DNA of 61,390 nt, filler included, from Platydemus manokwari (lineage: Eukaryota): assembly GCA_037951405.1 (NCBI GenBank). It is 5 parts of 5 records of this genome, joined end to end, with 100 filler letters (N's around TTAATTAATTAA, not from the genome) between each part and the next. Parts side by side here need not be neighbours in the genome. Positions count along the whole stretch, not along the records: positions 34,053 to 46,554 come from JBBMOY010110009.1; positions 46,655 to 61,390 come from JBBMOY011404757.1; 3 more parts are not named here. The stretch is one strand, 5' to 3'. Within the stretch, counting starts at the first letter, position 1, and the number at the start of each line of letters is the position of its first letter. A program made the position numbers and the translations under genes. A model generated the notes under the pieces. It searched no databases. It was not told the origin of the DNA and saw only the letters and a program-made list of their open reading frames with translations. Below are positions 36,440-47,262 of the stretch, in pieces.

Positions 36440-38450
36440 AAATCTATTTTCTTTTTCTCTGGAGCTTAATGAAAACCTATTGTTTGATTTTTACATTCAT
36501 TTGTATATTCTAAATCAACATCATCTAAGATCATTCTTTTTTCTGAGTCTCTATTTAATTCAAATATGAATTCAGCTAAATTATTATTATTATAAGAGAT
36601 TGTTTTTTATAGAGTAATGGCCTTCCATATAAATTATTTGCATCAATATATAATAAACAATTTTATCAAATGTTTCTGGTGGTATTATTGCACCATTTTT
36701 CATTATTTCTAATAATTTCTTTGCTTCATATTTATCAATTATTTTATAGTTTTCACAACCGGTATGGGTAAATTTATTTATCTCTCTAACATTTCTTTTT
36801 CCCATTACTGATAATATACCCCTCTTATTCCTTGTTCACACATTTCATACATGGTTTGTTCTGTGAACATTCTTCATATGCTGTTCCTCTGAGGTTATTT
36901 TCTTTTAAATAATGATCACGATCTCTTGCTTTATTTACTGTTTTCTTTGTTAATTTCCAATCTATAATTTCGAAAATAATATCTGTCTTATTAAATTCCT
37001 TTTTACAATAAATTCAATTATCAGAATTATTATAGTTTATTATGTCTCGTTCTTTCAAATCAATTTCAAATTTTGTTTTTAGTTTTAATTCGAATCTATT
37101 TTCTTCTATCCATTTAACAAACTCTTGCTTAAAGTTTTCTTCTTGAAATAACATTTTCGCGTTTTCTATTAAATTTGGATATCTTGAAATTAATTTTAAA
37201 TAAATACAAGAAGGTATTTGATTAGTAGAAACCTTTGTTGCTTTACCTCTTTGTTCTTCTTTAGGAATATTCACACATTCTAGATCAGCAACAATTATAA
37301 AAGGAACAAGTATTTGATGGTTATAATTATTAATTTTTAAGATATTATTATGTTTACTTAGCATAACTACTCTTGTTATATCATTTCCATCTTTATCACA
37401 TATTTTCTGATGATTTTGAAAGATATTTTCTGATCCAAAATAAGAACAACATTTATCACAAATATTTAATTTTTGGTTTGGTCTTAATTTATAGTTTATA
37501 TTACCTTTCATAAAAGTTTTAAATATAAACATAATGAGTTATTCAATCTTTTTCTAAATATAACAGTTTCATGTCGTGAAAATTTCCTCTTTCTTAGAAA
37601 TATAAATTGGAAATACTTCACAATTTTTTTTTCATTACCTTCTCCTTTTATACCATAAACATTTATTTTAAAATTATTGTTTCTTTCAATTTTTTTCATT
37701 TCATTAATGGATGTTGGAAATGATATTTCTTCTATATTTAGTTTATCAAATGTTTTATATATTTTTCTGGTCTATTTTGGTGACCTCATATATCAATTGA
37801 AAGTATGTGCGCTAGTATTGAATATAAAAATCATTTGTTATCATAATTTTCTATATTTATTAAACCTTTTGAAATAAAAGGCAGTGGTAAATAACTGCTT
37901 CCAGATAATACATTTATCTTTGAGGTATTTATTTTTATGTTTCTTATTAGAATATATTCCGACCACTACCTCTTACTTATAATAAATCATCATCTTGTTT
38001 CTGGGGAAAGGTTATGATTAGTTCTATTAATTTAATCTTCTCCAATTTTTAATATTTGATCTGAACTTATCGTTATTGTGATATAATCTTCTTCCATTGT
38101 GTTAGGATTAATATTTTGTAATAACGTCTCGAATGATATTTGAAATTTAATGCTTGAATATTTATTTATGAATTCTAATATCTTATGAGATTCTTCTGGA
38201 ATGTGAGAAATTATATCCTTAGTTGGTTGAGATTTTTTGTTCATTTTCTGGGTTTTATAATTATTAGAGATTATTAAATCATCAATATTATCATTATTAT
38301 TTTCATTACATATATTATTATTGTTTTCATTATTAATAGAAGCGTTATACTTCGCAATATGCTTTTTGGATTTTTCATGTGCTTTTGCAGCTTGAATAGT
38401 TTAAAATGTTGAGTCACAAATTCGGCATTTTTGTTCCGGCGTCTTTAAGT
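36440..38450 (-). pseudogene. Polinton/Maverick-type protein-primed family B DNA polymerase pseudogene, internally deleted and 3'-truncated
   Basis: In order on the minus strand: zinc finger CRICDSTF*..AHEKSKKH; YLPLPF; ISFPTSINEMKKIERNNNFKINVYG; ICDKCCSYF..HQKIC; exonuclease-I-like VPFIIVADLEC; RDRDHY..RGTAYEEC; MYEMCEQGIRG; palm motif A LYIDANNLYG (36624-36653); VDLEY..APEK. Confidence 0.88.
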
Positions 38451-38552
38451 ATAGTTTTTCAATAGGAAAATTATTTTTTGATTTTTTAAATTTTATAAAT
38501 GTTTAAAATTGGTTATTTTTTGAAATTTAGAATTTTATGTAAAGTTAATATT

Positions 38553-38592
38553 AGTAGTAATATAGCCCCAATCACCTACCTATATTACTACT
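38553..38592. repeat. Perfect 13-bp inverted repeat with a 14-nt loop (AGTAGTAATATAG / CTATATTACTACT)
   Basis: Arms 38553-38565 and 38580-38592 are exact reverse complements. Confidence 0.9.
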
Positions 38593-39718
38593 TCGGCACT
38601 CTTTTTATTTAGTTATGTTTTACTTGAGCCTTAAATCCTCAGCCTTTAATCTTTCAATGATGTCTTTTTCATCTGATTTTATGCGCTCAAAGGCATATCA
38701 GGATCCTCTTTCCTCGATACATTCGTTTGTTCTTCAATACGTCAGACGGCGTCGCCTATATTCACATGGTTTAATTTCTTCAGCCAAATTTATAGCTCTT
38801 GTTAAATAGCTCTTTACGAAAATCTTCTTGAAAACTTCTTTTTTGTTTCCCACATTAATCCTAATACAAGAATTTATCTAAAAAAAATGGAAGTCGTAAG
38901 AAACCAAATAGGAAATCTCCAAAAATTGGTCCAATAAGATATTTATGATACAAAAACTCATTAAGAATATGAAGTTGAATTATTCAGTATCCATTAGTTA
39001 ATAATTAAGTGCCCTTTTTTGAGGATTGAATTCAAAAAACAAGTTAAATCAGGGATGATCCGGGTATGAAGTAAGTAACATTTGTAAAGGATAAAATACT
39101 CAAAAGTTAATTTTAGAATTTCAAAATATAAATTTTTAATAAAGCTACTAATAGACTCTTAGTAAATTAAGTCGAGAACCAAAGATAAAAGTGATTTCTA
39201 CGAATAACAATGTGTTTTAAAGATGTCACTATATCAAAAGTTTGATAATGACAATGAGCAGAAGATTTCTCAAAATATATAACGAGGAAACTTCAGTTGG
39301 TTGGAAACAAAAATTTGAATAGAAATTTTTTTTAATCTTCATAAAAAACTGATCAGATGTTTCCAGAAAACAAAGAATAAACTGTAAGAGGGAAATTCAA
39401 TGTACCACACCCAAGCAGAACTGAAATAGGAACTCGATATTTATGAATTTTTTGTACAAAAATAATATTTTAGAATTCATTGATTTTTTTAACAAATGGT
39501 TAATTTTTTTTCAAAAGTGACACTTTTTTCTAGGGAACGGCTCTTACTAACCATGGATCAGAAGATTGAGTGCTTGAGAAAAATGAGAAAGGCGAAAGTT
39601 CAATTAATGGCATGGGATTGATGATATGAAAAGTCCATATAACTTTGTCCTTCAATCAGCGATATTAAACCGAAAAATCAATGGGATAAAGCGAAATAAA
39701 AATCGAAGTAAGAATGTG

Positions 39719-40645
39719 TGTGAGCATTTTAAATTGAATTAAAAAGATTTAATTTTATAGAAAATTTAATTCTGTATAAAAAAGTTTTGTAGAAAATTAA
39801 ACTAATTTGTTTAAGTCAGTGGTTTTCAACCAGGATTCCGCGGAACCTTAGGGTTCCGCCAGTACACTCCAGGGGTTCCGCAATTCCTAAATTTCTAAAT
39901 TAGAACAACGAACAAATAAACAACATGTTAAATTTCATTTTGAAAATTTATTTTATTATTATTATTATTATTTCATTATTATTTGTATTATTATTTGTAT
40001 TATTTTAATATTAGTCATTGCTTTATTACACTAAATTTAACATAATTAAACTTGCTACATTATTCCACGGGGGCTCCGCTGGGTTCCTCTCCAGCAAAAA
40101 GGTTGAAAGCCACTGGTTTAAGTAATTGTATTTTAATACAGGATAGTGTCCTGTCTTTTCAGTTCGTTTTTAATGTGTGGTTTTTAAGATAGTAGCGGCT
40201 TACATGGCGACCACGCATCATGATTTGATTCTGAGAAGATCAATTACTGTAAGTTATGGAAAAGAAGGTTATGTTGAGTTTATATGGATAATATATAAAG
40301 AAGACATAAAGAAGATGTAGAGTGGATATAAAGAAGATTTAGAGAAGATATAAAACATATAAAAGAATTAGAACTTTTTGTGTACATAAATAAGCCAGCA
40401 TTCGATACCAATTAAGAATACAAAGAAAATCGAAGATTCTAAAGAAAATGAGATGTAATAATTTCAAATTGAATTAAAAATTTTAAAGATTTAATTTCGT
40501 ATAAAATTTGATTTGATATAAAATTTAATTCTGTATAAAAAAGTTTTGTATAACATCAAATGAATTAATTAATATTAGTTTGTTTAAGTAATTATCTTTT
40601 CAATTCGTTTTTAATGTGTGGTTTTTAAAATAGTAGTGGCTTACT
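39719..40645 (+). mobile_element. Miniature non-autonomous LTR retroelement (TRIM)
   Basis: Two ~190-bp direct repeats: 39719-40204 (interrupted by a MITE) and 40454-40645. PBS TGGCGACCACG at 40205, purine tract AAAGAAAATGAGA at 40441-40453, flanks ATGTG / AAGTG (5-bp TSD with one mismatch). Confidence 0.85.
39817..40115. mobile_element. 299-bp hAT (Charlie-like) MITE
   Basis: TIRs CAGTGGTTTTCAACC / GGTTGAAAGCCACTG, perfect 8-bp TSD GTTTAAGT (39809-39816, 40116-40123), subterminal GGGTTCCGC repeats. The second LTR shows the empty site with one GTTTAAGT. Confidence 0.93.
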
Positions 40646-41105
40646 AAGTGTACTAATGATAATAATCAAGAATACTGATTTAAAAGTAGAATGTAGTGGG
40701 AGTCAAGTACTTTAATTACATTTAAACTTGAAAATTATTTGAATGTCATGAATTGATAAAAATTTCAAAACGCTCAATGGATTCTCGCCAATAATTAGAG
40801 AACCATCATTGGGATGTAAAATAAATTGAGGATAACGTCGAAGTGAAAAAAATATAATAATAAATTATCATGTGTTGTGTTTATCGCAATACTTTAAATT
40901 TTAGAACAAAATCTTTATAATATTAAAATTTACACCTACTTTAAATAAATAATATTATTATCTCGAGTATTAAAATTATCTATATTTATTGACAGAGATT
41001 AGGACACTGTTTTTGAAAGTGTAGTTAATTCACAGAATAAAGATAAAATTTATAACGGGAATAATTTCAATAACATTTCAAAATTTATTTATCATCATTA
41101 AGAAC

Positions 41106-42293
41106 TTATTTATATCGAGAAAGTGCAAAACCCAGAGCCCAACTTATTTTAACTTTGTGTAACTTGTCTAAAATGGTAATTTTATCCGTCCATTTGAATC
41201 CATAACCTCTTGTAAGAAGCGCTACGATGTAACTCGAATCCAAACATTGGAATTTTTTATGCCCTTTGTTTTTATTGGAAGGATTCCGACATATTTCCAT
41301 GGAATGATCAACGACATTTTGAATGTCTGTTTTGAAAAAATGTACTTTATCGTCGAGATTGTTGAGGCCTTTTATGACATGGAAATAAGTTGACATGGCA
41401 TAAAACTCCATCTCTTTGAAAAGATGTCTAATATTCATAGTTTGGTAACTGTACTCCAATCCTTGGTAATAACAATTGATAAATCTGGTTTGCCAATTAT
41501 TTGGATACCCCGTAAACCGTACCGATCCTACTCCAAATTTTATAGAACTATTAATATGCGGATGAAGACATTCACTAAATTTAGGACTATCTCGACAATT
41601 TTTCTTGTAACATAAGGAGGCATCCAGATATTTAATCCGTGTTATTTCCATACCCATATTGTCGTAACCAGCCACATAAATCTTATATTTTTTGCCAAAT
41701 AATGTAATTTTTTCCGTAAATTTTTTTTTAGTCGCAAACGCAATTTGAGTAGAACCTCCACCGAGATCGAGGATTCCCACCGATTCCGTATAATTCAATT
41801 TATTTACCAAGTAATTAACAGTTACCCACGCATACTTCGCTTCTTCTTTTAGGTCTAAAATTCCATAATTTTCCTCTTTGAAATCATACTTCGAGTTATT
41901 AAAGGCACTTATTATTTTCACATTCATATCATTCCGCACATTTTTATCCAATGCTCGCATTCCTGCAGTTGCTTGGATATAAAGTCTTACTGAATTTTTA
42001 CAATTTTCTGGAATAAAATAAGTCACATTTTGATCTGTTACTTCTACAATATATTTCAAAGTTTCATTTATATTTTTTTTATTTACCAGTGAAGAAAAAG
42101 CAATTTTGATAGTAAAATGGTTTGAAGCTTCCAGTTTGGGTAGTGGTTTCTGGTCAGTGAATTGGAATGCGTTTATTTTCGTTGATGTACTACCGCCATC
42201 AACAACGACAATATATTTATAGAGACACTCTTCATTGGGCGTCTCTGTCACATACGATGAAACAAGTAGAATCAAAATCAAAGTCGTTTTCAT
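41106..42293 (-). CDS. Secreted/luminal GDA1/CD39-family nucleoside-diphosphatase (ENTPD5/6-like apyrase), 395 aa, single exon
   Basis: Signal-peptide-like N-terminus and all five apyrase conserved regions: DGGSTST, QATAGMR, KEEAKYAW, LDLGGGSTQ, SWALG. No C-terminal TM segment. AATAAA on the minus strand at 41084-41089. Confidence 0.93.
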   Translation of the reverse strand: MKTTLILILLVSSYVTETPNEECLYKYIVVVDGGSTSTKINAFQFTDQKPLPKLEASNHFTIKIAFSSLVNKKNINETLKYIVEVTDQNVTYFIPENCKNSVRLYIQATAGMRALDKNVRNDMNVKIISAFNNSKYDFKEENYGILDLKEEAKYAWVTVNYLVNKLNYTESVGILDLGGGSTQIAFATKKKFTEKITLFGKKYKIYVAGYDNMGMEITRIKYLDASLCYKKNCRDSPKFSECLHPHINSSIKFGVGSVRFTGYPNNWQTRFINCYYQGLEYSYQTMNIRHLFKEMEFYAMSTYFHVIKGLNNLDDKVHFFKTDIQNVVDHSMEICRNPSNKNKGHKKFQCLDSSYIVALLTRGYGFKWTDKITILDKLHKVKISWALGFALSRYK

Positions 42294-42320
42294 TACAAAA
42301 TATTCTCAAACAAATTTCAA

Positions 42321-42330
42321 CTTTTTTATA
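42321..42330 (-). promoter_or_regulatory. Candidate TATA box of the NTPDase gene
   Basis: TATAAAAAAG 28-37 bp upstream of the ATG; the AT-rich background lowers specificity. Confidence 0.45.
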
Positions 42331-43989
42331 GTGTCACTGTCAGCTCAATAATTAATATTCAATATTTGTCGTCAGATTTTTAGTCGTGGATTTGTCCTGA
42401 AGCAATTACATGTTTCTGACGGATTGTCCGAATAATGAATTCGTAATGTTACGATTTTTCCCATGAAAAATTTACATTTTATTTCTCTGAATCTCATTAA
42501 TTTTTGCATATTATTGTACATTATTGATAAAATCTGGAATCAACTATCGATGAAATCGATAAAAATTTGGTAATTTATCGATAAGCAAAGCAAAAATCAA
42601 AAAAATATTTCAATACTTGACTTACTTCTGATATCAAAATTCCGGAATTATGGTTTGATGTTATGAAAAATGACAGTGGAATCGTGTTTTGTTTTGCATC
42701 AATAGCTATTCTGTATATAAAATCGGTGCTAAAAGCGTCAACATATTTTCCTTGAAAGCTTATAACATGTAAAAATCTCAGTCATTTTATGTGATGCCTC
42801 GGTCAGATGTATGCTTGTTCATGGTTTAGATTTATTATTATTATATCATATTCATAACTGAAATAAAGCTAGTATCATTCTGCAAAAACATTACAGATAT
42901 TTTATAAATCACATGTTGATAATTTATTCTATGCTTCTTTTACTTGAAAACCATTATTTACATCATAACCTCCACTACCCAGAATTTGTGTTTACAGTTA
43001 AGAACAATTTGTTTTTAATTTGATATATATTTGATAATTGCTTCTCAGTTACGTGATGAATTTTGGGTGCTTTCAAAATGATTTTATCTAAGAAATTGTT
43101 CTCTAAATTTACACTTCGCAATAACATTAACAAGAAGCTTCCTATGTGTTCTCTAACTGGTACATTAGGAATATTATATTCATTTGATTCACCATTTCAG
43201 CTTCAACAACATTTATATGGGCTTTATATCAAACATTGTATCTTTTTAAAATTATTTTAAACTTCATAATAGATTAATAGAGTTTCCTCTTAAGATTAAA
43301 ATCCTCTTCGAATCGTTTCTTATCTTAGTTGTACTTTTATTCGTAGATATATAACTCGCGCGTTTACTCATAGTAATTTTATCCTGATAATCTAATAAAA
43401 ATTTTAAAAATTTCTGTTTGAAGAATACCAAATTTTGTATCACAGATATACAGATGATTTATCCAAAGAATAAACAATCGAAATTTTTCAATAACAAGAT
43501 AATATTTTACTATTAAATAAAATTGTAAAAGATAATATGTTTGAATGTTTTCTTAGACACAATAATTGCTCTAAACAAAGAAAAGAGTTGGATAAAATTC
43601 GAATACGAGTTATTTAATTAATAGTCATAAAAAATATTTAGTCATATTTATGTCAAAGTTGACTTGACCTGTATAAAAGTTCTGTTAAAGACGAATTCAT
43701 TTTTTATTTTATTTTAGTGAAGAGGTGCAGATTTGATTTATTGAAACTCATCCAGTGATGCTATAGAAAAGGAAAATTTTAATCTGACATTAGATGGACG
43801 ATGAAATAAACGTATGAGTAAATTGCATTTTATAATGATGAACCTTTTTATTCAATAAAGATACACTGAATACTTGAGGAACCTACCAAATAAAAATAAT
43901 AATAATAATAACATAGTTAAAGATTTATTAATAAGAACACATTAATAAAAAAAATTACATATAAATGATCTAAAAATCATTAAATAATA

Positions 43990-45091
43990 CAGTGAAACCT
44001 GTTAATTCGAACGCTAGCGTTCCAATTTTTCCAAATGTTCACATTAAAAAATAATATGAACTGTTATTAACAATATCAAAGATTTCACAAAAAGTATTTA
44101 TGAAGTCTATTTATCAAAATTTTTATTTCTTTGACACATAATAAAGTCTGTGATTTTCAATTGTCTAGATGCTTTTTCTCCTGGAATTTCTTCAATCGAA
44201 TCCCGTATTTTGTTCATCTTATCAGGAATATTAGCTTGGAAGTATTTTTCAAATTTTCTTCCATACTTATAGGCTTCGAGTCCTGTTATTACTGTATCTT
44301 CTTCCACCTCTTCAGCGGAATTATCATTTGTTTCTTCATTTTCATACTGTTCGACCAAATAAAACGAGAGATCTTCGTTAAATTTTGGATTAATTTCAAA
44401 GCATGGAGAATCATCATATTCACTTCTTTTACATTCGCATTTTCTAAAGACTTGGTAAAATAATTAGAAATAGTCGCAGGCTTCACACTATTCGTTGATA
44501 TCACATGCCTGGAAAGAAAAGAATTAAGTCAACCATTCGATGCTTTAAAATCACCATTTGCTAAGTGATTTGGCAATTCTAATGCTTTTTGTAGTATATC
44601 ACCACTGATACTGATATTTCTTGTTCTCTGGATCTGAAACCATTAATATAAGATGCCATCGGCTTTATATCCACTACGTAAATGTGTTTTTCGTCTTTGT
44701 TCGGTATTCAAGTTTAAATTCAAAATGGAGTCTTTAGATTTCATTGGATTATTTGTAGAGGCTAATGAAAGATTATATTTTGATGAAAGAAAGCGTTGAG
44801 AACAACCTTTATCCTTTTCGAATAATTTTAACAATTCCTTTTTCTCTTCGATACTTAAATCCTTTCTCTTTCGTTTTGAATTTGTGTTTTTCATGTTCAT
44901 AAAAGACAGTTGAAAATTAAATATTTAATCAATAGTTGTATGATTTATTGATTTATTTTTGCACCATTTTTGTTCATTGTTCAAAATAAACAGTGTTCGT
45001 ATTATAAAACATAATTTCTTATGAAAACCCACATGATTTCCAATGAACTATGTTCAAATTCAATGGGGTTCATATTGAACAGGGTTGATTG
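43990..45091 (-). mobile_element. Internally deleted pogo/Tigger element
   Basis: Imperfect TIRs CAGTGAAACCTGTTAATTCGAAC / GTTCATATTGAACAGGGTTGATTG flanked by TA. Psq-type HTH KRKRKDLSIEEKKELLK, CENP-B HTH FKASNG*, post-catalytic NSVKPATISNYF and C-terminal RQLKITDF; the DDE domain is absent. Confidence 0.9.
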
Positions 45092-46411
45092 TATTAAAAT
45101 AAAATTTAAATGAAATAACTAAATAAAAAGAAATTTGTTTAAATGAACTAAATTTATTTAAAGCAAATGATTTACTGAAATAAAAATCAAATGTCAAATT
45201 ATTGATTTAATATTCTGTTCGTTATTGGGGTTATTGGTTTCTTGTTATTTTACTATCAGTCTCTTTTAATTATAACTTTTTGATTGTCCAATATCAGAGT
45301 CTAATCAGTCCCTTCGTTGTTCTATTAACCCTTAGGTATCAACTAAACCTATGTTATTATTTGATCTTCCTTCGCCTGGATCGTTGCAATCACCGTATGA
45401 CAACGGGATGAACGGCTCAATGATATTGCTTATTGGTATCAGTCTCACTTTAATATTACACGTCTCTCTTTGCACCCTTTTATAAAAAGGTAATGACTTG
45501 ATAATGATGATGAGTTTTATAGAAATGTGAATGATTTCTTAGGAAACTTGTCAAATCAAAAGTAACTCGGTTTATGTCTACTAAAACTATATTGTTTCAC
45601 CAAATTACAATAAAATTGACTACTTTTATACGGCTAGCACTACTTTTATACGATTATAACAAGTATGGTTAAATATAACGATACTTTTATACACTGGAAC
45701 GATGGAACAATTATGGCACAATTCCAGACAAGCTACGGTAACAATCCTCCAATAGAGGTAGAACCGGGTGTTAAAGATATTTGGACTTAGTCCCATAAGT
45801 AGGAAGAATATGCGTCTTTGGTGGTGTAGATAAATGATGATTTTACACGTATTGATCTCACTTTATCCTTGCGCAATCTTCTATTAAATTGATAAACAAT
45901 TGTTAAAATTGTTCTTCCAGAAATATCTGGGCATATAATGGCAACGGGAAATGATGGCTTTCGGCTTCCTCGACTCGGCAACGAATACTTGATTTTTCTT
46001 AGTTCGGGTACTCTACGCTAGTGGTTTCGGTATTTCGAACGGAGGCAGAGGCCTAATGATTTTAAGGGCCTATTTATACTGGATTTATTTGATGGTAATT
46101 TTTGATTAAAATGAAGGCTCTTTTCATTTTAATCTGAATGAATATTTTTGACTGCGGGTTGTCAGTCCTTTAATGCGGGCGAAATTTGATGTTCTTTATT
46201 CTTTATTAAGGATTATTTAATTTATTCGGAGTTATTTTCTTGTTGCCAGCCGAAATAATGCGGGTGATTTTCATTTTTCGATCTTATTTTATGCCAGCTA
46301 TTTTTGCATCGGGATATTTTTTATAAGGGCTATTTTCTAGTTGTTATGCGAAAATTCAAAGGGTTTATTTTCTATTTCGGGTTAATTAACCGGTTCTAAT
46401 CTTTAATAATT

Positions 46412-46554
46412 CTATTTTATCTCTTTCCGCCAATCTATGTGGGACCCACTTCCCTAATTTTCTAATCATTCCCATAATTTGGCGTTGATGTACTCGGTTC
46501 GCCAGGCTTCACCCAAGATGCTTTGCGTTTTGGGTTGTCATATCGAATCCATGT
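46412..46554 (-). mobile_element. Two mariner (Mos1-like) transposase fragments
   Basis: TWIRYDNPKRKASWVKPGEPSTSTP (46554-46478) and MGMIRKLGKWVPHRLAERDK (from 46475, WVPHEL motif). Confidence 0.85.
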
Positions 46555-46654
46555 NNNNNNNNNNNNNNNNNNNNNNNNNNNNNNNNNNNNNNNNNNNNTT
46601 AATTAATTAANNNNNNNNNNNNNNNNNNNNNNNNNNNNNNNNNNNNNNNNNNNN
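46555..46654. other. Artificial scaffold spacer
   Basis: Same 100-nt structure. Confidence 0.95.
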
Positions 46655-47262
46655 GTACTTGTGTCATTTATGCTAACACTAATGATATAATACTCCACTG
46701 CTAGAAGAAATCGAGGGTAAATAATATTTGTCCTTAAAAGCCCTATTTTAATTTTCCTATTGTATTTGAAATAACAAATCAAGTTATAATGAAAGCAGAT
46801 TTTACTGACTTCCAGTGTAAAGTTGATATAGACATTCTATAATTGTAATAAAAATCACTAAATCATTTGATTTTCTTAGTTGGTTGAACTTTGGAAATTG
46901 ATTTCAAATTTGTTATGAATCGTTTTTTATAAATTTTCTCTTTGAATTGATTTTATATGATAATAACAACTATTTCATTAATATTTTATAAATAATAATC
47001 CTCATCGTATTAGTAAAAATCTATACTTGATGTTGATTTAAGGTCGTAGGAGCATTATTAATATTGTGCTGTAATGATGGCAATATATTTCGTCAATATC
47101 TGATGTTTTATTTATTAATAATTATTGTAGAACACTAACTGAAATTCCATTGGAATATACACATAATTTTTGTCTAATTTTAGCATGTTTTATTCATTAT
47201 ATTTTTGATATTTCATTTGAGTGAATAATTCCAAAATTATTTTTTCTATCCCGTTATCGTAG

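Noticed and set aside
41424-41615. Plus-strand ORF; likewise 982-1182, 37677-37877 and 44131-44463
   Set aside because: Antisense or alternate-frame shadows of better-supported coding regions.
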